Source: Geosiphon pyriformis uo1 (taxonomy: Eukaryota; Fungi; Glomeromycota). Taken from it: DNA of 64,000 nt. Positions 36,265 through 51,142 of this stretch are shown here, piece by piece (within the stretch, counting starts at the first letter, position 1; each line of letters starts with the position of its first letter). The translations under genes and the position numbers were made by a program. Below the pieces are notes generated by a model. That model was not told the DNA's origin. It was given only the letters and a program-made list of their open reading frames with translations, and did not search any database. The stretch spans positions 620,001 through 684,000 of the forward strand of contig JAAOMT010000502.1 in the NCBI GenBank assembly GCA_016748015.1. Direction: 5' to 3'.

Positions 36265-39200
36265 CTATGCAGCTATATAGACAGAAACCGAATTACCAAT
36301 ACTGGAAAAAAACATGCAAGACCTGCGAAAACCAAAATACACACCAAAAGCTTTATTGATACCAAGCAAATCAACCACACCAACAAAAAGACATGAAGTC
36401 AAACCAGAGACCAAAGTAGAAGATGAACCATCTAAAGGAATCAGTCCATGCTTTTCCATATAGACATGATGTTTGGCACGAACCAACCATATCTCATCTC
36501 TAAAAGTAAAGCCAAGAGAATGTGCAAAATTAATGACCTTCAAACATGCTGCCTTGGGACTATGAAAAATGGAGACAGCTTCACAAAACCAATTATCAAA
36601 AACAAAACTCTTATGAAGAGCCATGGACACTGAGGAACCTGAAACACAAGATGACAACAACTGCAACAAACATGAAGAAGAGACAGAAGAACCAAAAAGT
36701 GTCTTCCAAGTGTTCATGTGAGAATCCAACAACTGACGCTGAGCAGAATCATCGACCTCACAAGAAAAAACATAATCTGACACCTCCACGTTACTACAAT
36801 ATAGACACAACACACTGGGATAAAGTCTATTATAAAGCCATTTTCGCACAGCCACAGGCAACCAATGATACAAAGCCTTCATAAAATAAGAGCGTGCATT
36901 AGCCAAAATTCTGCTAGTGAAACTGGCAGCCATATGCAAATCAGGATGCCACACCAAAGAAGAGCAAGACCAATCAACATCAGTCTATAAGTTGTCAGGC
37001 AAAAATTTAGAACCAGACCTCACTTCCCAGCATGCATAACACATGGCATGAAAAGTGTCATGGACAAAGTGCCTTGAATTGCCAGAGACAACATTGCCAT
37101 CAGCCATCAAAAAGTGTTCATTCAGGCGATAAGAAAGAAACCAGTCAGAAACAAAATCAGCACCAGCAATTACATCAACATGCTTGTTTCCCAAAACCCC
37201 AAAATGACCTTTGACTTTGTACCAAGTAACATTTAGGACCTTACTGGAAATAATGTTGGCAATGTGTTGACACTCAATTCAACATTGATTCTGGAAATCA
37301 GGAGCCACCATACCCAATTCTGATTTGCAAACATCCAAAACAGACTGACTATCCGAAAACAAATGAACATTACTAAAAACAGGAACACACTCGAGAGCCA
37401 ATGCAATTGCCTGTAACTCAGCCATGGTAGATAACATCAAGCCAGACACACCAACACCCAAACCCATACCAATGTCCTCGAAAAAAGCTGCAGCACCTGC
37501 TTTACAGCCAACTGTACCCAAATTTCTTAATGACCCATCAGTATAGACAGACAACACCTTTGTATTAACCCGCAAAAGATGATCACAGATAGACACAAAG
37601 CCAGAAGAACCCAGAATGTCCAAAGGACCAACATTAGCAAGAACTGGAGTGTGAGCAGGAGAGGAATCCTCACTAACAAGAAACACAGCAGAAAGCCTGA
37701 ACCACTCAGGAGTAGGGCCATAGGGGTCCAGTTTCTTCTATCGCTTAAATGTGGACCAATCAAAGACTGTACCATGATGATCATGAAGTTGGTCTACAAA
37801 GGCCACACCATACCACTAAAGCAAGAGAAGACATCTGGAGAAAACTGATTCACCCAAAACAGTTGACATGAGCATTCCACTATTGACACAAAAAAAATTG
37901 GCAAAAGATCCACCCAGAGACAATTTGCAATTATAAAGCACACAAATCACACCCACCAGAAAATTATTAAAGGTGCTAACACAAATGCAAACAGAAGAAC
38001 TCAACGGATGAATAGGGTGCCAGCATAAAACCTGCAGATTATAAGACTTATGAAAGAACAAACGTCCCACAATCCCACCAGAGTTGGCAAAATTAATAAA
38101 AGAAGCAATCTTGCCTTCAGACTGAATCTGCAGAAAAGATTTCAAACCATAAAAGGAGGGGTGGTGAATTGAATCACTAGGAAAGTCGAGTGGAAGTCCA
38201 GATTTGAGCTTCAGGCCCTTATGAATCATAGCATTCCACTTGTTGCAAATGCTGATAGGAACAAAGCTAAATTGTGTCCTGTAGCTAATAATAGGCTAGA
38301 GAACTGCTGAAATCAAATATAAGAACTGCTTATCTGAGATAACTTTTTTTAGAACCAAATTTGTAAAGAGATGAATGTCCGAATACACTTTAGCTAAACT
38401 AGGTTTGGAAAGACCCTCAGTCAACAAAAATATGCCCAGATACTGATGGGATTCACCTTTTTTGGCAACAGAGATAGGTGAATCACTAATGAAAAGAACG
38501 GGATTTTCAACCCTACAATTGATGGGAATAGCTACAGTCTTGTCATTGTTTATTGAAATGTCATTAATCTGGAAAAACTTGCTAGTAACATCCAAAATGT
38601 GTTGAGTAGCACTCTGACTACTGCCAACCCAAATCGTATTATCAACAAAGGCGCCAGCAGTAAAACAGGAAGAAAGCCCAGCCTGTAACTTGACACGACC
38701 ACTCTTGGAAATGAAATAAGAAATCAGTCTGTACCCACACATACTCTTCTGATGCTTGACTTCACACAAAAGGGGATCATAAAAAATGCACTACAGAAGG
38801 GGGAAAAAGACCTCTCCTTGATCTAAACCATCATGGACCCAATAACTATCTGTCAAACCAAAATCTGTCATGACTCGATTAATACAACCTTTGTGAATGC
38901 CACCAAAAAACTGAATAAACCTGTTGCACATTTTAATTCTGACCAGACATTTTTCCAAATGCTCCCAGCCAACTGAATTATATGCTTTCCTCATATCCTG
39001 CAAGACAAGCCAAAGTTCTCGGGTCTTTTCTAGGGCATCCTCAACAACCGAACCAACTGCAAAAATGGGGGACTGTGTCGTCATACCTTTCAAAACCGAA
39101 AAATTGTCACCACGAAGAACATTATAAGTGCTGCATGCTAAAGAAATCCTGTCTGAGAGTATTTTGGAAAGAATCTTGCGAGCCATCTTAATCAGTGTAA

Positions 39201-40953
39201 TAGGACGAGTATTTGTAAGAACACCCTCCCATTCATATGGTTTGGGAATCATTGAAACCCAAGCTTCTCTTCAGGGGCCAGGAACAGATTCCTCAGATAA
39301 GCAAGAATTCAAAAGCACTAAGAGCATATTAAGAACCAAAATATCCCAATGTTTCCAAAACTCATTTGAGATACCTGAAAGGCCAGCAGCTTTGCCATTC
39401 AGCAGGTTAAAAACAACCCCAAACAGTTCATCAGAGTCGATCAAACCCATCACACCAGAAAAAGCTTTGTCAAAAACATAACCTAAAGAATGATACTGGC
39501 GAGACCACTCATCATTAACATCAAGCACCACCTTTTACTTTCTAGTCCAACCTTCCATAATCTCATCCACCTTGGACTTCACTGGAGCAGGATCCAACAC
39601 CAGCTCATCTCCCACCACCAAATAGTCCAAAACCACCTTGTGAAAGAGTTGCTCCAAAACACTACGTACAGTATGATCTTTGTTCAACTCAAAACTCTCT
39701 ATTCTTTTGTCAATTGCTGACTTGATCTGAGATTTTTTGGCATGGTTTGATTCTAACAACTTAGATAAACGGTAGAATTTCCTGATCTTGGCCAAAGCTA
39801 AACGAATGGTATCAAAATGAGAACCTAAAAGAAACAGAAAATTCACAACAGAAGCATTAGCAAGATTAATTTTTTTCCATGTATCAAGCAGAGAAACAAA
39901 CTTCTCATGAGAGACCAGACAAGAAGCTTTCACAATCTTTGACACCAAAAGTTCTAATTTGTGAAATCTGGATGATACTTTATTATAGACACTATCGAAA
40001 CCCTTAAATCACTTTTTTTTGAAAACATTCTCAGCTGACAAACATACCACTTGGCGAAGGTGATTTCATATTGTGTCCAGGTCCAAACACATTTTGGCAG
40101 CATAAAATTCATCATAGAACATGGCAGCATTCACCAACATATCATCTTTAAACTTGATCTATTCAGCATCACCAGCATCCACAAAATTGTACTTCCAATG
40201 ATCCTTATTCGCTTGTTTGCACAATAAGTTCAACTGCACATCCAGCAAACCACCAAGACCCACGGAAACAGAAACAGCTTTATGATCAGTATCAAAATAT
40301 TTTTCAACACCAGACACATTACAATCCAGAATTGCATTAACTAGACTCGATGACACAAACACATAATCAATAATTTTAGCCACTCCACGAGAATTGGCCC
40401 ATGTAGCTTCCTTTCCAGACAAGCTGCCACTTAAAGAGTTGACCAAACCCAAATCAAAACATTTTCTGAAGCTGGCACTCTTGTGAGAACCATCTTCATT
40501 GAAATTACCACCCAAGATGATGAAGAAAAATTCATTTACTGTCCTCGCAATCAAAGAATTGATATCATCCACTTAAGAGAAATGTATTGCCAAAGATAAT
40601 CCAGCATACAGCCCCAAAACTAACACAGACAGTTTATTTTTGAAGAGAAGCTTGATAGAAAAAAACCGGCCAGGAATGTCTGAAACCTTACACACATGCC
40701 GAGCCAAGAAATTGTTCATAATGATTGCAATCCCAAAATCCATGTGACCAGAATTCAAACCAGAAGTAAAAACCCGAATGCCAACAAACTTGTTCATGAT
40801 CCAAGGGTGAATCCCATCTTTCAACTTAGTCTCAGTAACAATTGAAATAATATTGTTCCTTTCTTTATGTCAACGAATAATATCTTTCTGTTTTGCAGAA
40901 TTGTTTATTCCCTTAATATTGCATGTGACAATTTTCCAGATATAACTGGTCAT
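36265..40953 (-). pseudogene. LINE-C ORF2 (~1560 codons, nonsense-interrupted)
   Basis: GGNFNE and IDYVFV (APE); TRPITLI, QDMRKAYNSV, GLDQGEVFFPLL, AFVDNT (RT); VYTDGS, AELQAI, FSDSQ, GN (RNase H); CLYC..E..C C-terminal motif. Confidence 0.93.
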
Positions 40954-42875
40954 TGAGATGAGAAGAGGACCAGAAGACCTGAACCAGCACACATCTGCTC
41001 TAACTTCACCAAAATCAAGCCAATGGAGGCATTGAGGGCAATCAACTTCGACTCTAAAATGCCAATTTTAGAAGTCAGCACCTTGAAACTGCTCAGACCC
41101 AATTGAAAATTGTCATTGCCAGAAGAGAAAGAAATAGGCTGAATCAAAGGAACATCTAACACCATGTTGGAACCCAAGTCAGAGTCAGTTACCATAAGAG
41201 AACCAGAGATGGATGGATGGGAAGTACTCACAAAAGGAATCACACTAGAAGGAGGAGCTAAAAGCACCAAACTGAGATTGTCAAGATGAAGAAGAATGTT
41301 CAAAATTTGATCAGATAAGAGCTTTACAGAGCATTCTAGACATGCCAAATGTGTACCCAAGGGGGAATCAACCACAGAAAGAGGGGGAGGAGTACTGCCA
41401 GAACTTAAAGCACCAAAGGGCAGAAAACCAGAACCAGAGCCATCACAAGAACTATGAGAGACTGAAGCAACTGAGGCCACTTGGGCCCAGGATTTGCCTC
41501 CAAAAGCAACAGGACGGGAGATCGGAATCTTTTTTTTAGCATATAATTTGGTTAACTGGAGACAAGTATTCAAGTTAGCAGACTTTTTAAACAACTTAGA
41601 TGACTGAGAAGCTAACGCAACCTCAGCATCACATTCCAAGGCAAAATGACCAAATTTCCCACACCATTTACAGCGAACTAAATCCAACCTAGTCCATGAG
41701 AGTTTCACACTACCAAAAATTGACTCTGTGCGAAAAGCTGATTCTATAGCTTTATCAGATTCAAAACAGACTACAGCACAGCGAGTTCTATTGCCAGTCT
41801 CCAATGAATGATTGATGACACAAGTTTTCCCACCGGCCCCTTTCAAAAGAGTTCCAAGATCATGAGCTGTCATTCCCACTGGCAATGTAAACAGAAGTGT
41901 CCTAAATTGATTCTTAAAAGCCCATGTCTCACAATCTCCCACAGCCTTGGCCACATGCACAGAATCCTTCCCAATTAGGAATAACCATTTTGATGCTAAC
42001 AGATCAGCCTGGCTAGATTCGGCAAACTCCACCACAGCCTTCTGCCACAGCCCAATTAACTGAACTTTAATAGACACAATCTGACCATACTCAGATACTG
42101 TGGTAATGATCATCTCTTTAGGCATGTCCATGGGAATCTTTTTTATTACCACAGCCTGATCTGAACGCACTCCTTGTCTCTTGAGATCAGTGTTTACGAT
42201 GATCCTATTTTCTCCAGCCAATGATGCAGCTTTTTTCATGCTTTTTTCTGATGTGAACGTAGATCTGATGATCTCTTCAAATTTTGAGGGGATAGTGGCC
42301 CTCCCAAAACCATTGATTTTTGAGAAAATTTTTCTTATGAGCTGAGTCTTCGCCATCACCGATTTGCCTTCCACATTTGATATATTAATATCCAAAGCAA
42401 ATGATTTCTTAACGGCTATTTCAACTTGAGTCTTAATAATTTTAGGGTCTAATCAAATTCTGTCCAGAGAGATACCAAGAAGAAAAGGGAGGGGACCACC
42501 ATCATCATTGTCCATGTTATAATCCAAGAAACCAAGAGGGAAACTGCAGTCCAAATTATTCTTAACCCTCTTTGCCTTAAGAGTCGTTGCAGCTGAGCCA
42601 AGAAGAGAACCACCACCACCACTAGCCAATATGTCACCAACAACACTATCACCAGAATCACTTTCCATTTTCGAGTATTGACTTTCTTTAGAATGAGGTT
42701 TGGCCAAAGCAGCTTTTTTCTTATCACCAGACTAATTCATATGACAAAGGGAAACCCTTTTCTTTTGAGAGGAAGAGCCACCAGTAGAACCAAAAAAAGC
42801 ACCAACAGGAGCTTTTTTATCCAACATACTACCACTGGGAGCAGCTTCCAGATCCACAATAAATGGATTATTCAT
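40950..42875 (-). pseudogene. LINE-C ORF1 (~641 codons)
   Basis: 481-aa ORF with RRM-like AVVEF/AVVCF motifs, CKWCGKFGHFALEC knuckle and coiled coil; upstream in-frame fragments extend to ATG 42875. Confidence 0.9.
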
Positions 42876-43257
42876 AAGAGAAATAGTGAAATATAGCAAG
42901 TAGAAAAAACAAAAAACAAAGAAACTACTTTCAAAAACGTGCTCTTTGGAGAATTTGGGATGTAGGAGAGAAAGAAGTTTTTGGTTTGTTTTAACAGTAT
43001 TTTTATATATATTATTGGTTAAAATTATTAACATTTAATAAAAAATGCTTAAATTTATAATTTCAGAATTATAATAATACTTAAAACTAAGTTTTTTATT
43101 TTTTTTAAATTTATTATATTATTACTATTATTAATAGTTTCAAAATTAAAAAAATTTAGAACAAAATATTTTTTTTGTATAACTTAAACTAATTTTAATA
43201 ATAAAAATTGAAAAGAAAAAGATAAAAATATATAAAAATAAAAATAATATAAAATAT

Positions 43258-43969
43258 TATTATGAATTGGAATAACAAATTAATAGATAGCAAAGAAGAA
43301 CAAAATTATAAGGTAATAAAAATAATTAAAGAGAGAATTACAATAAGGAAGTGAATTAAATGAATAAAGATTCAATATATGTAATCAGTCTTATAAAAAT
43401 CACAGTTGCAAATTTTTTTTGCAAATTTGAAGATAGAAGAATAATTTATAATTGTCAACAAGATAACATTACTGCTATTATTCTATGTTTCAACTCAGTG
43501 ATTCTTAGAATTAATAACAAGTATTATTGTGCTTTTCAATTATTTCTTTATTTAATAAATCATAAGAGCAAGCAATCATTTCTTAGACTAATTCTAACAA
43601 TACAAATCAAAAATAAAAAAAATAAGATATGTGAATGCCAATAAATAATTTTTTATTCCAAAATATTTAAATACTTAAAGATAGAAAAAAGAAAATAAGT
43701 GATATGAGAAGAAGTAATTGATAATGGGTTTTATTTTGTTACTTTGATCATGTTTTTTTATAGCTAAGAAACTCATCACTTATATAACTATTGAAAGTGA
43801 TTAATGACCAAGTCAACAACTAGGTCAATAATCAGATTATTGATCAGGTTAATGATTAGATTATTGATCAGATCAATAATTACTATCTAAAAATAGAGTG
43901 GCTAATTATATAACATCAATAACTAATACATGTGATAGCTAATAAAAAGTATGGGTTTTAATCATAATA
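43258..43969 (-). repeat. G4 3' LTR (7 x 12-bp units, 43799-43882)
   Basis: Reverse complement of the G2 LTR family. Confidence 0.9.
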
Positions 43970-46900
43970 TTATTCTTTCCAAAGAGATTGAGTTCTGGTG
44001 AAATCAAGCTATTTATGAAATAATCTATTTAAAAAGTTTTGTCTAATTTAAAATTAATTAGTTTATTAAAGTTTTTTGTAGATAAAGTATATAATATCTG
44101 AAACAAAATGAGTTTTGTATTCAAGAGACTAAATCTTTATATAAGAGTTTTGACTCTTTTAACAATAGTTAAAACTCTTAAGATATTTAATCATATAATA
44201 CCCAAAATTTTTATCTGTATCTTTTAAGTTGTTTTCTTCATAAGTTTTATATCTTTTATGATTTTACCAAAGTGACCATAGAGTTCTAATTGTCTTTTAT
44301 ATAATAAGTTTTTGTCTATAAACAAGATTTCTTAGATTGTTTTTTCAATTGTGCTAGAAGATACAAATATTTTTGCTGTTATACTTTTTAGCAGATATTT
44401 ATTCATTTTGCTATCAATTTTTTCTCTTTTGGTAATGGTTTTCTTTGGTTTAATAACAGTATGTGTTCTATTGTTATCAGTTATAGTGATCTGTTTTCCA
44501 ATAATCAAAGTAACATTTAGATGATTTTTGATCCAATACTTATAGAAAGTATAGAAAATGTTTTAAATATTTTGATTCAAAAAATAATTGTTTATGTTGA
44601 TTAAAAATACCTCTGTTTTGGAAATAATGTATTTATTTATACCTAATTTTTGCTAATTATTTGGGTCAGTATTATTACAACAGACAACTAATCAGATTAT
44701 TTATAATATTTTTTGAATTATGTACCATAAACAGAATAATCATTAAAAATTGTTTCATATTAATCTTGTAGAATATAAAAACTATTGTTTAAAACTTTGT
44801 TGACTAAAAAGAGTTCTTTCTATTGGCTAGAGAATTTATTATTATAGACATTGTTTTTGTTTGAATAGTATTCCAATACTAAATTACCAACATTTAAAAA
44901 AAGTGTTTTATAAGTTTTCTTTTTTTTAAGCTTTTCTTGGAACTGTTTTATCTTTTTAAAGACAATTATTTGTGCTTTTACCAATAAGTTAAGAATAATA
45001 CCAAGTCTTTTTTGTAAAATGTCTTTATAATTCTTTATTGTGATTTCTTCAAAAGATATTGTTTCAATGTTAATTTCTATTGGTAGTGTTGTCATGCATC
45101 CATAGAGTAGATAAAAATAATTATAACTTGTTATGTTATAATTCACAATTGTATAAGCAAACAAAGCTGAAAGCAGTACTTTGTTCCATAAGTTTGTTTT
45201 TTCACTGGTTTTGGTTAAGGTTTTACATAATGTTTTATTAAAACATTTTACTAGGCCATTTGTTTGAAGATGATAAGGGGAGGAAAGTTTATAATGTATT
45301 TCTATTTTTCTACAAAGTACTTTAACTAATGTACTAAGAAAAGCTTTTTTTCTATCAGATAAAAGTTTTTTGAGGCAGCCATAATAGCAGATAATATTTT
45401 TATAAATGAAATTGGCTATTAAAACTGCTGTTTGATTTAAAGTGGCTTTTGTTTCTATCCACTTTGTAAGATAGTCAATAGCTGTGATAATATATATATT
45501 ATCATCAAGAGTTATTGTTAGAGATTTAATAACATCTATGTCAATTCTGTTAAATAGTTGATTAATAAAGATTAGATGAATATTTTCTTTTCAATTGGAT
45601 TTGCTTTTTCTTTGGCAGATGTTATAGGTTTTGATGTATTCAGCAATGTCTTTTTCTAAGATAGATTAATAATAGTGAGCTAAAGTTTTCTGAATTGTTT
45701 TTGTTTTTTCAAAGTGTTTAGCTAATAGATTAGTGTATATATTATAAATCACAATTTCTCTTTCTTTAAATTTAATAACTTTCTGGAAGCAGTTAGGATC
45801 TTTTTTATTTCTTTTGTAAAATTGGTTTTGGTAAATTAAATAAAAATTTGGTTGTTTGTGCAAATATTCTCTTTGCTGTTAAGCATAATTTAGTGAATAT
45901 TGTCTTTTATCCAAAAATTTTATTAAGACAGAATAGTTGTTCAAGTCTATTATTATGTTTGTTTGTGAAGAAGTTACTAATAATTAAGTTGGTTTGGTTA
46001 AAAAATTGCACTATTATTAGATAGTAAGTCTGGAAAGAACATTAGTGTTTTGATGATTTGCTCTTTGGCAATATTGAATGTTATAATTTAATTCATCCAG
46101 ATGGAGTATTCAGCAAGTTATTTTTTTGTGTTTTAGCTTTTTTTGTTGTGTAACTAAACCAAGGCTTGATAATCTGTTACTACTAAAAATTTTACACCAA
46201 AAAAATATTAATTTTAATAACTAGTAGCTTAAACTACTGCTAAGCATTCTTGTTTAATATGTTTTCTGCTATCTTCATCTTTTTGTAAGAAGATAGTGCT
46301 AAGTTTATAGCTAAATACATCAGTGTACAAAATAAAAGGTTGGTTCAGATTAAGTTGTTTAAGAATTGGTTTAGTAACAAGTTTTTCTTTTAAAGTTTCA
46401 AAAGCTTTTTGTTAATGAGTGCTTCAATAATAATTGACATTTTTTCTGAGTAGCTGATTGAAAAGAAAAGTGATTTTAGAGAAATTTTTAATAAATTTGC
46501 AGTAGTAAAAAGCCAGACCAAGGAAAGAACATAGTTTAGAAATATTTATTAGTTGTCTAATGTTTTGGACTTTTTTAACTTTAGTTGCATCAGAAAAAAT
46601 TCCATCTTTTATAATAAAATAACCAAGAAACTGGGTGAATTGTTATTCAAAAAAAGATTTGATTGGGTTTATCTTAAGACCAGCCTTTCTAAGGAAGTCA
46701 AAAACTTTTTGCAAGTGTTCAAGATATTTATTCCAGATTTTTGAGTATATTATTATATCGTCCAAATAGACCAGAACAAAGTTTTCTTTTACTGATTCAA
46801 ATACTTTGTTTATTAGACATTGAAAAGTAGGAGGGGCATTGGTAAGACCAAAAAACATGACTGTAAATTCATAGGTATTATACTTGGTAATAAAAGCAGT

Positions 46901-49900
46901 TTTTTTTCTGCTTTTTGGATCTATTTTTACTTGCCAGAATTTAATAATTAAGTTAATAGCTGAGAAAAAAACAGCACTATTGAATCTGTTTAGTATTGCA
47001 TCAATTTTGGAGAGTGAGTACATGTTTCTTATAGTAATGGTATTTAATTAGTGATAATCAACACAAAAGCATAGAGTTCCATTTTTTTTAGATATTATTA
47101 CAACTGGGAAAGTCTATTCACTTTTGGTTTTTTGTATGAATCTAAGATTTTTTATTTAGTTTATCTTTCTCTTAATAAATTCATCATTGTATTAATTGAA
47201 TTGATAAAATTTCAAATAGATAGAGCAAGTTTCTTTGGTAGTAATAATGTGTTGTATCACATAAGTTTGTCCAGAAGTATCAGTTTTTTTTAAGATAATT
47301 GGGTTATTTCTAGTCAACAAATTTTCAATGTCTACTTTTTTTCTTCAAAAGAGAGTTTTTTTTGTTCTATTACAAATGATTGGATCTTAGGTGGTTTATT
47401 TTCAAAGAACTTCTGATTTTTTCTTTGGGTATTAGACTAATTGGCTCATAATTTTTGTAATAAATTAGATAAAACTTGTATTTATTACTAGAAAAATACA
47501 AAAGTTTATTGCACTAGTATTTGACACAAGAACCATACTACTAATAACTGTATTTGACTTTTTTGCTAGGTTTTTTGTTAAAAGTTCTTCTGAATATGTC
47601 ATAGTAGGACTAAAAATTGGCTTGTCATTTACAATAATTCTTTTTCTGTTAGTTTTGATATTATTTAGCAGCTTGTTATTGCTGGTAAAGATGATATAAG
47701 TAAGTTCAACAGTTTTTTTTTGTTCTTTTTGATTTTCTTCTTTATTACTCTCTTTATTATCTGATTCATCTAATTGCTCATCTTTTTAATTTTGCTTAGA
47801 TACTGGGAGAGTTGTTCAATAGCAACACTTAACCATAATGAGTTTCTTACTACATCTGATGGTTAGTTTACAAAGTTTATAATCAAGCCAAACTTTTGTC
47901 TTTTTGAGCCATTTATTGCCAACAATTATGATGTACTTTTTGGCTTCAGATACTTTCATATTAGTTTTAATGCTAATGCTATTAATGTAAACAGAAACAG
48001 CTTTGGCTATGTTCAAGCCTTTTTTTTTGTTACTATGTATATTGGTTATAGGCTAAATAGAAAGTTCATCAATCTTTTTTCTAATGGCTTTCAAAAAATG
48101 TTTGGCAATAACACTTACATATAATTTACTGTTTAAGATCAAGTCAATAAAATAACCAGCCACTTAAGCTTTGCAAATAAGAGGAGTAAAATTACTGTTG
48201 TCAACAAGTTTAACTTAACAAGAGTGCTTGTTGATTTTTGGTGTTTTTTTTTTGAAATCAGAAATTTACAAAGGGTTTTTCTAAATTGTGGATGGGTCAT
48301 TAATTGGTCAAAAGTAATATAAGCTGGAGTTTTCATGAGATTTTTGACAATAAAATAAGAACCAGATTTTTGTACTATTTCTGGAAATTCTAACTTTAGA
48401 GAATTCTTAAAAACTTTAGTCTTTAGTAGTTTATTGTTATTAGCAGTTAATGTAAATGCTTTGTTTGGGTCTAGAATGAAATTAATTTTGGCTTTTTTTT
48501 TTTTTGTTAATTCAAAGATGTTAATTGCTAGTTTATCCATGTTATGATTCTTATCAATTAGATTAAAAATATAAAAAAAGTTTTCTTTTGGTTGGCTTGT
48601 ATTCTTACTTTTTGAAGATATATCTACCAGTTTAAAGGCTAATAAACAATAGCTTTAACTAAGAGATTCTTTCCAAAAAAATTGATATTGGCATAATTAA
48701 GTCTTTAATTAAGAACATAGTTGTTGTTGGTTTTGTTGTTTTGGTTATTATTATTTCTAGAAGTTAAAAAAGGCAGAAGAAGATTGTTTTAATTTCTGGA
48801 AAAATGTCTAGTTAATCCACAATAATAACATACAGGTGGGCCATGATTTTGTTGTTCTTGATAAAGAAGTTGCTAAGACTGATTAAAACAGAATTTAAAT
48901 CTGAATCTTTGTAATTGCTAATTATCTCTAACTGTTTGGGCTAAGAGTTCTAATAACTAGACAAAATTAACTGTGAGTCTATTTATTAACTGTTTATTTG
49001 GGTCTTAAGTTTGGGCAGCAAAAGAAATAATAGCCATTTGGAGAACAGGAACCATAACAGAAGCAAAAGCAAAAGCAAAAACTGGAAATATAAATCCTAA
49101 GTGTATTTTTTGATTGTTTTCTATTTTCTAGACAAGTTTAATAGTCATATCTATTGTGAGATTATTATTTAGAGCCAAAAAGAACCAAAAAACATAAAAA
49201 AAATCAGTTCTTAATTTTTTTGTAAAAAAATAAATCTTTTGTTCTTCTGTTCAATTTCTTTCAAAGTTTATTCATTTAATTAGCTTTCTTATTGTTTTAG
49301 TATATTCAATTATTACTTCTTCTGGATCTTGGATTTTTCTTTCTAATTTCATATACTATTTGAATATTAATATTGGGATTCTGAATTTGTTTTCAAACCA
49401 GATAGTAAAAGAGGTGTTGTCTTTTCTAGCATTTGCTAGGCATTAGCATTGGTTTTTTGTAAGAACCAGATGACAAGAGAGCCTTGGAGGTATTCACCAA
49501 CAATTTGGAACTTGTATTTATTGTTATATTGGTTTGCTGTAATAGTTTTTTTAAAGTTATCCAACCATTCAATTGGATCTTGTATATTATCTCTGAATAA
49601 TAGTAATAAAATGTTGTTTTTTTATCCTAGAGCAGTTTGTATATCCTAAAGAGCAGCCAGAATGTTTGTTTGTATAGAGTCATTAGTCATTAGTTCAGAA
49701 ATAGCTGTTTGAGTAAAATGTTCTGATTTACTTGAAAAGAGATCAAAAACAGAAGCAGTTTAATAGCTTTCTTCTTTTGTTTCAAAGGGAGTTTTAGCTA
49801 ACTGGTAAACAGCAATTCAGATGTGAATTTGGTGTTTTAGGTATTTAAAATTAGAGAGCTGTTGTTTAAAGATTGTGGAATATAAAAGTTAATTGATTAT

Positions 49901-50210
49901 ATTGTTTCTTTCTTTAAAGTTGTCTTCAAAATAAGCTTGGTCAAAGTAATAAGTTGTATAGGCTGTATAGGTTTCAATTAAATGCTTATTTAGGAACCAG
50001 TTCTAAAAGTTTTGGAATTGTTTACTGAATTGTTCTTTAATAAAGAAGCAAATCAAGCAGGAAGGCAAAGAATTAAGTTTAATAAAATCTAAGTTGTTTT
50101 TGTTGTATGCTTTAAAGTGTTTTTCTAATTATTATAACAGATATAAATAATTACTTATACAATTGAAAACAAAATAGATTTTAACAATATTACAAAAAGC
50201 ACTATTTTTA

Positions 50211-50897
50211 TGTTATGAGTTGGAGTAACAAGCTAATAGATAGCAAAAAAAAACAGAATTATAAGGTGATAAAAATAATCAAAGAGAAAATTACAATAAT
50301 GAAGTAAATTGAATGAATAAGAATTCAATATACATGATTAGTCTTATAAAAATCACAATTGCAAATTTTTTTACAAATCTGAAAATAGAGAAATAGTCTG
50401 TGATTATTACAAAATAATACTACTACTATTATTTTATGTCTTAACTTGGTAATTTTTAGAATTAATAACAAATATTGTTGTGCTTTTTAATTGTTTCTTT
50501 ATTCAATAAATTACAAAAGCAAGTAATTGCTTTTTAAACTAATTTTAACAATACAAATCAAGAAAAAAATAAAATAAAATATATAAATACTAACAAGTAA
50601 TCTTTTATCCCAAGATGTTTAAATACTTAAAAGTAGAAAAAAAAAATAAGTGATATGAAAAAAAGTAATTGATAATGGGCTTTATTTTATTACTTTGATC
50701 ATGTTTTTCTATAGCTAAAAAACTTATTACTTATATAGCTATTAAAAGTGATCAATGATCAGATCAACAACTAAGTCAATAATCAAGTTATTAATTAGAT
50801 CAATGATTACTATCTAAAAATAAGGTGGCTAATTATATGACATTAGTGGCTAATACATGTAATAGCTAATAAAAAGTATGGATTTTTAACCATAACA
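50211..50897 (-). repeat. G4 5' LTR (5 x 12-bp units, 50750-50809)
   Basis: TGTTATGAGTTGG...CATAACA; direct repeat of 43258-43969. Confidence 0.9.
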
Positions 50898-50901
50898 ATA
50901 C

Positions 50902-51142
50902 AATAGAATTTAATAAACAATTACTTTTTTTTAATTTAATATTGTTTTAATTCTTTTTATTACTTATAACTTAATTTTTTACTAGTTAAGAAATTTATTG
51001 CTTATATAATTATTAAAAAAAATTAATAATTAAATTAATAACTAGCTCAATTATTAAGTTAATAATTTTATTTAAAAATTGAATGACTAATTATGTAATA
51101 TCAAGTAACCAATATTAATAAAAACTATAATTTAACCATAAT
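50902..51142 (-). repeat. Heavily decayed older LTR remnant of the G2/G4 family
   Basis: 'actagttaagaaatttattgcttatataat...ctaattatgtaatatc...tttaaccataata' parallels 50710-50897. Confidence 0.6.

Larger units (their letters stand above)
36126..42985 (-). mobile_element. LINE-C: full-length, least-decayed LINE (ORF1 plus APE-RT-RNase H ORF2)
   Basis: T-rich tail 36126-36150; ORF2 fragments all share one frame; ORF1 fragments all share one frame; more residual CpG than other copies. Confidence 0.94.
43258..50897 (-). mobile_element. Ty3/gypsy G4, same family as G2, more decayed
   Basis: LTRs 43258-43969 and 50211-50897; TSD ATAT/ATAC; internal ORFs colinear with G2 (RT 46643-47023, IN 44820-45863, ORF-X ~43940-44595); small RNase H deletion near 46260. 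Confidence 0.94.

Noticed and set aside
26163-42896. Many plus-strand ORFs over LINE-A/B/C (e.g. 28587-29048, 36546-36884, 39128-39481), and likewise 56259-56786 over the half-LINE
   Set aside because: Antisense shadows of minus-strand LINE coding frames with no independent motifs.
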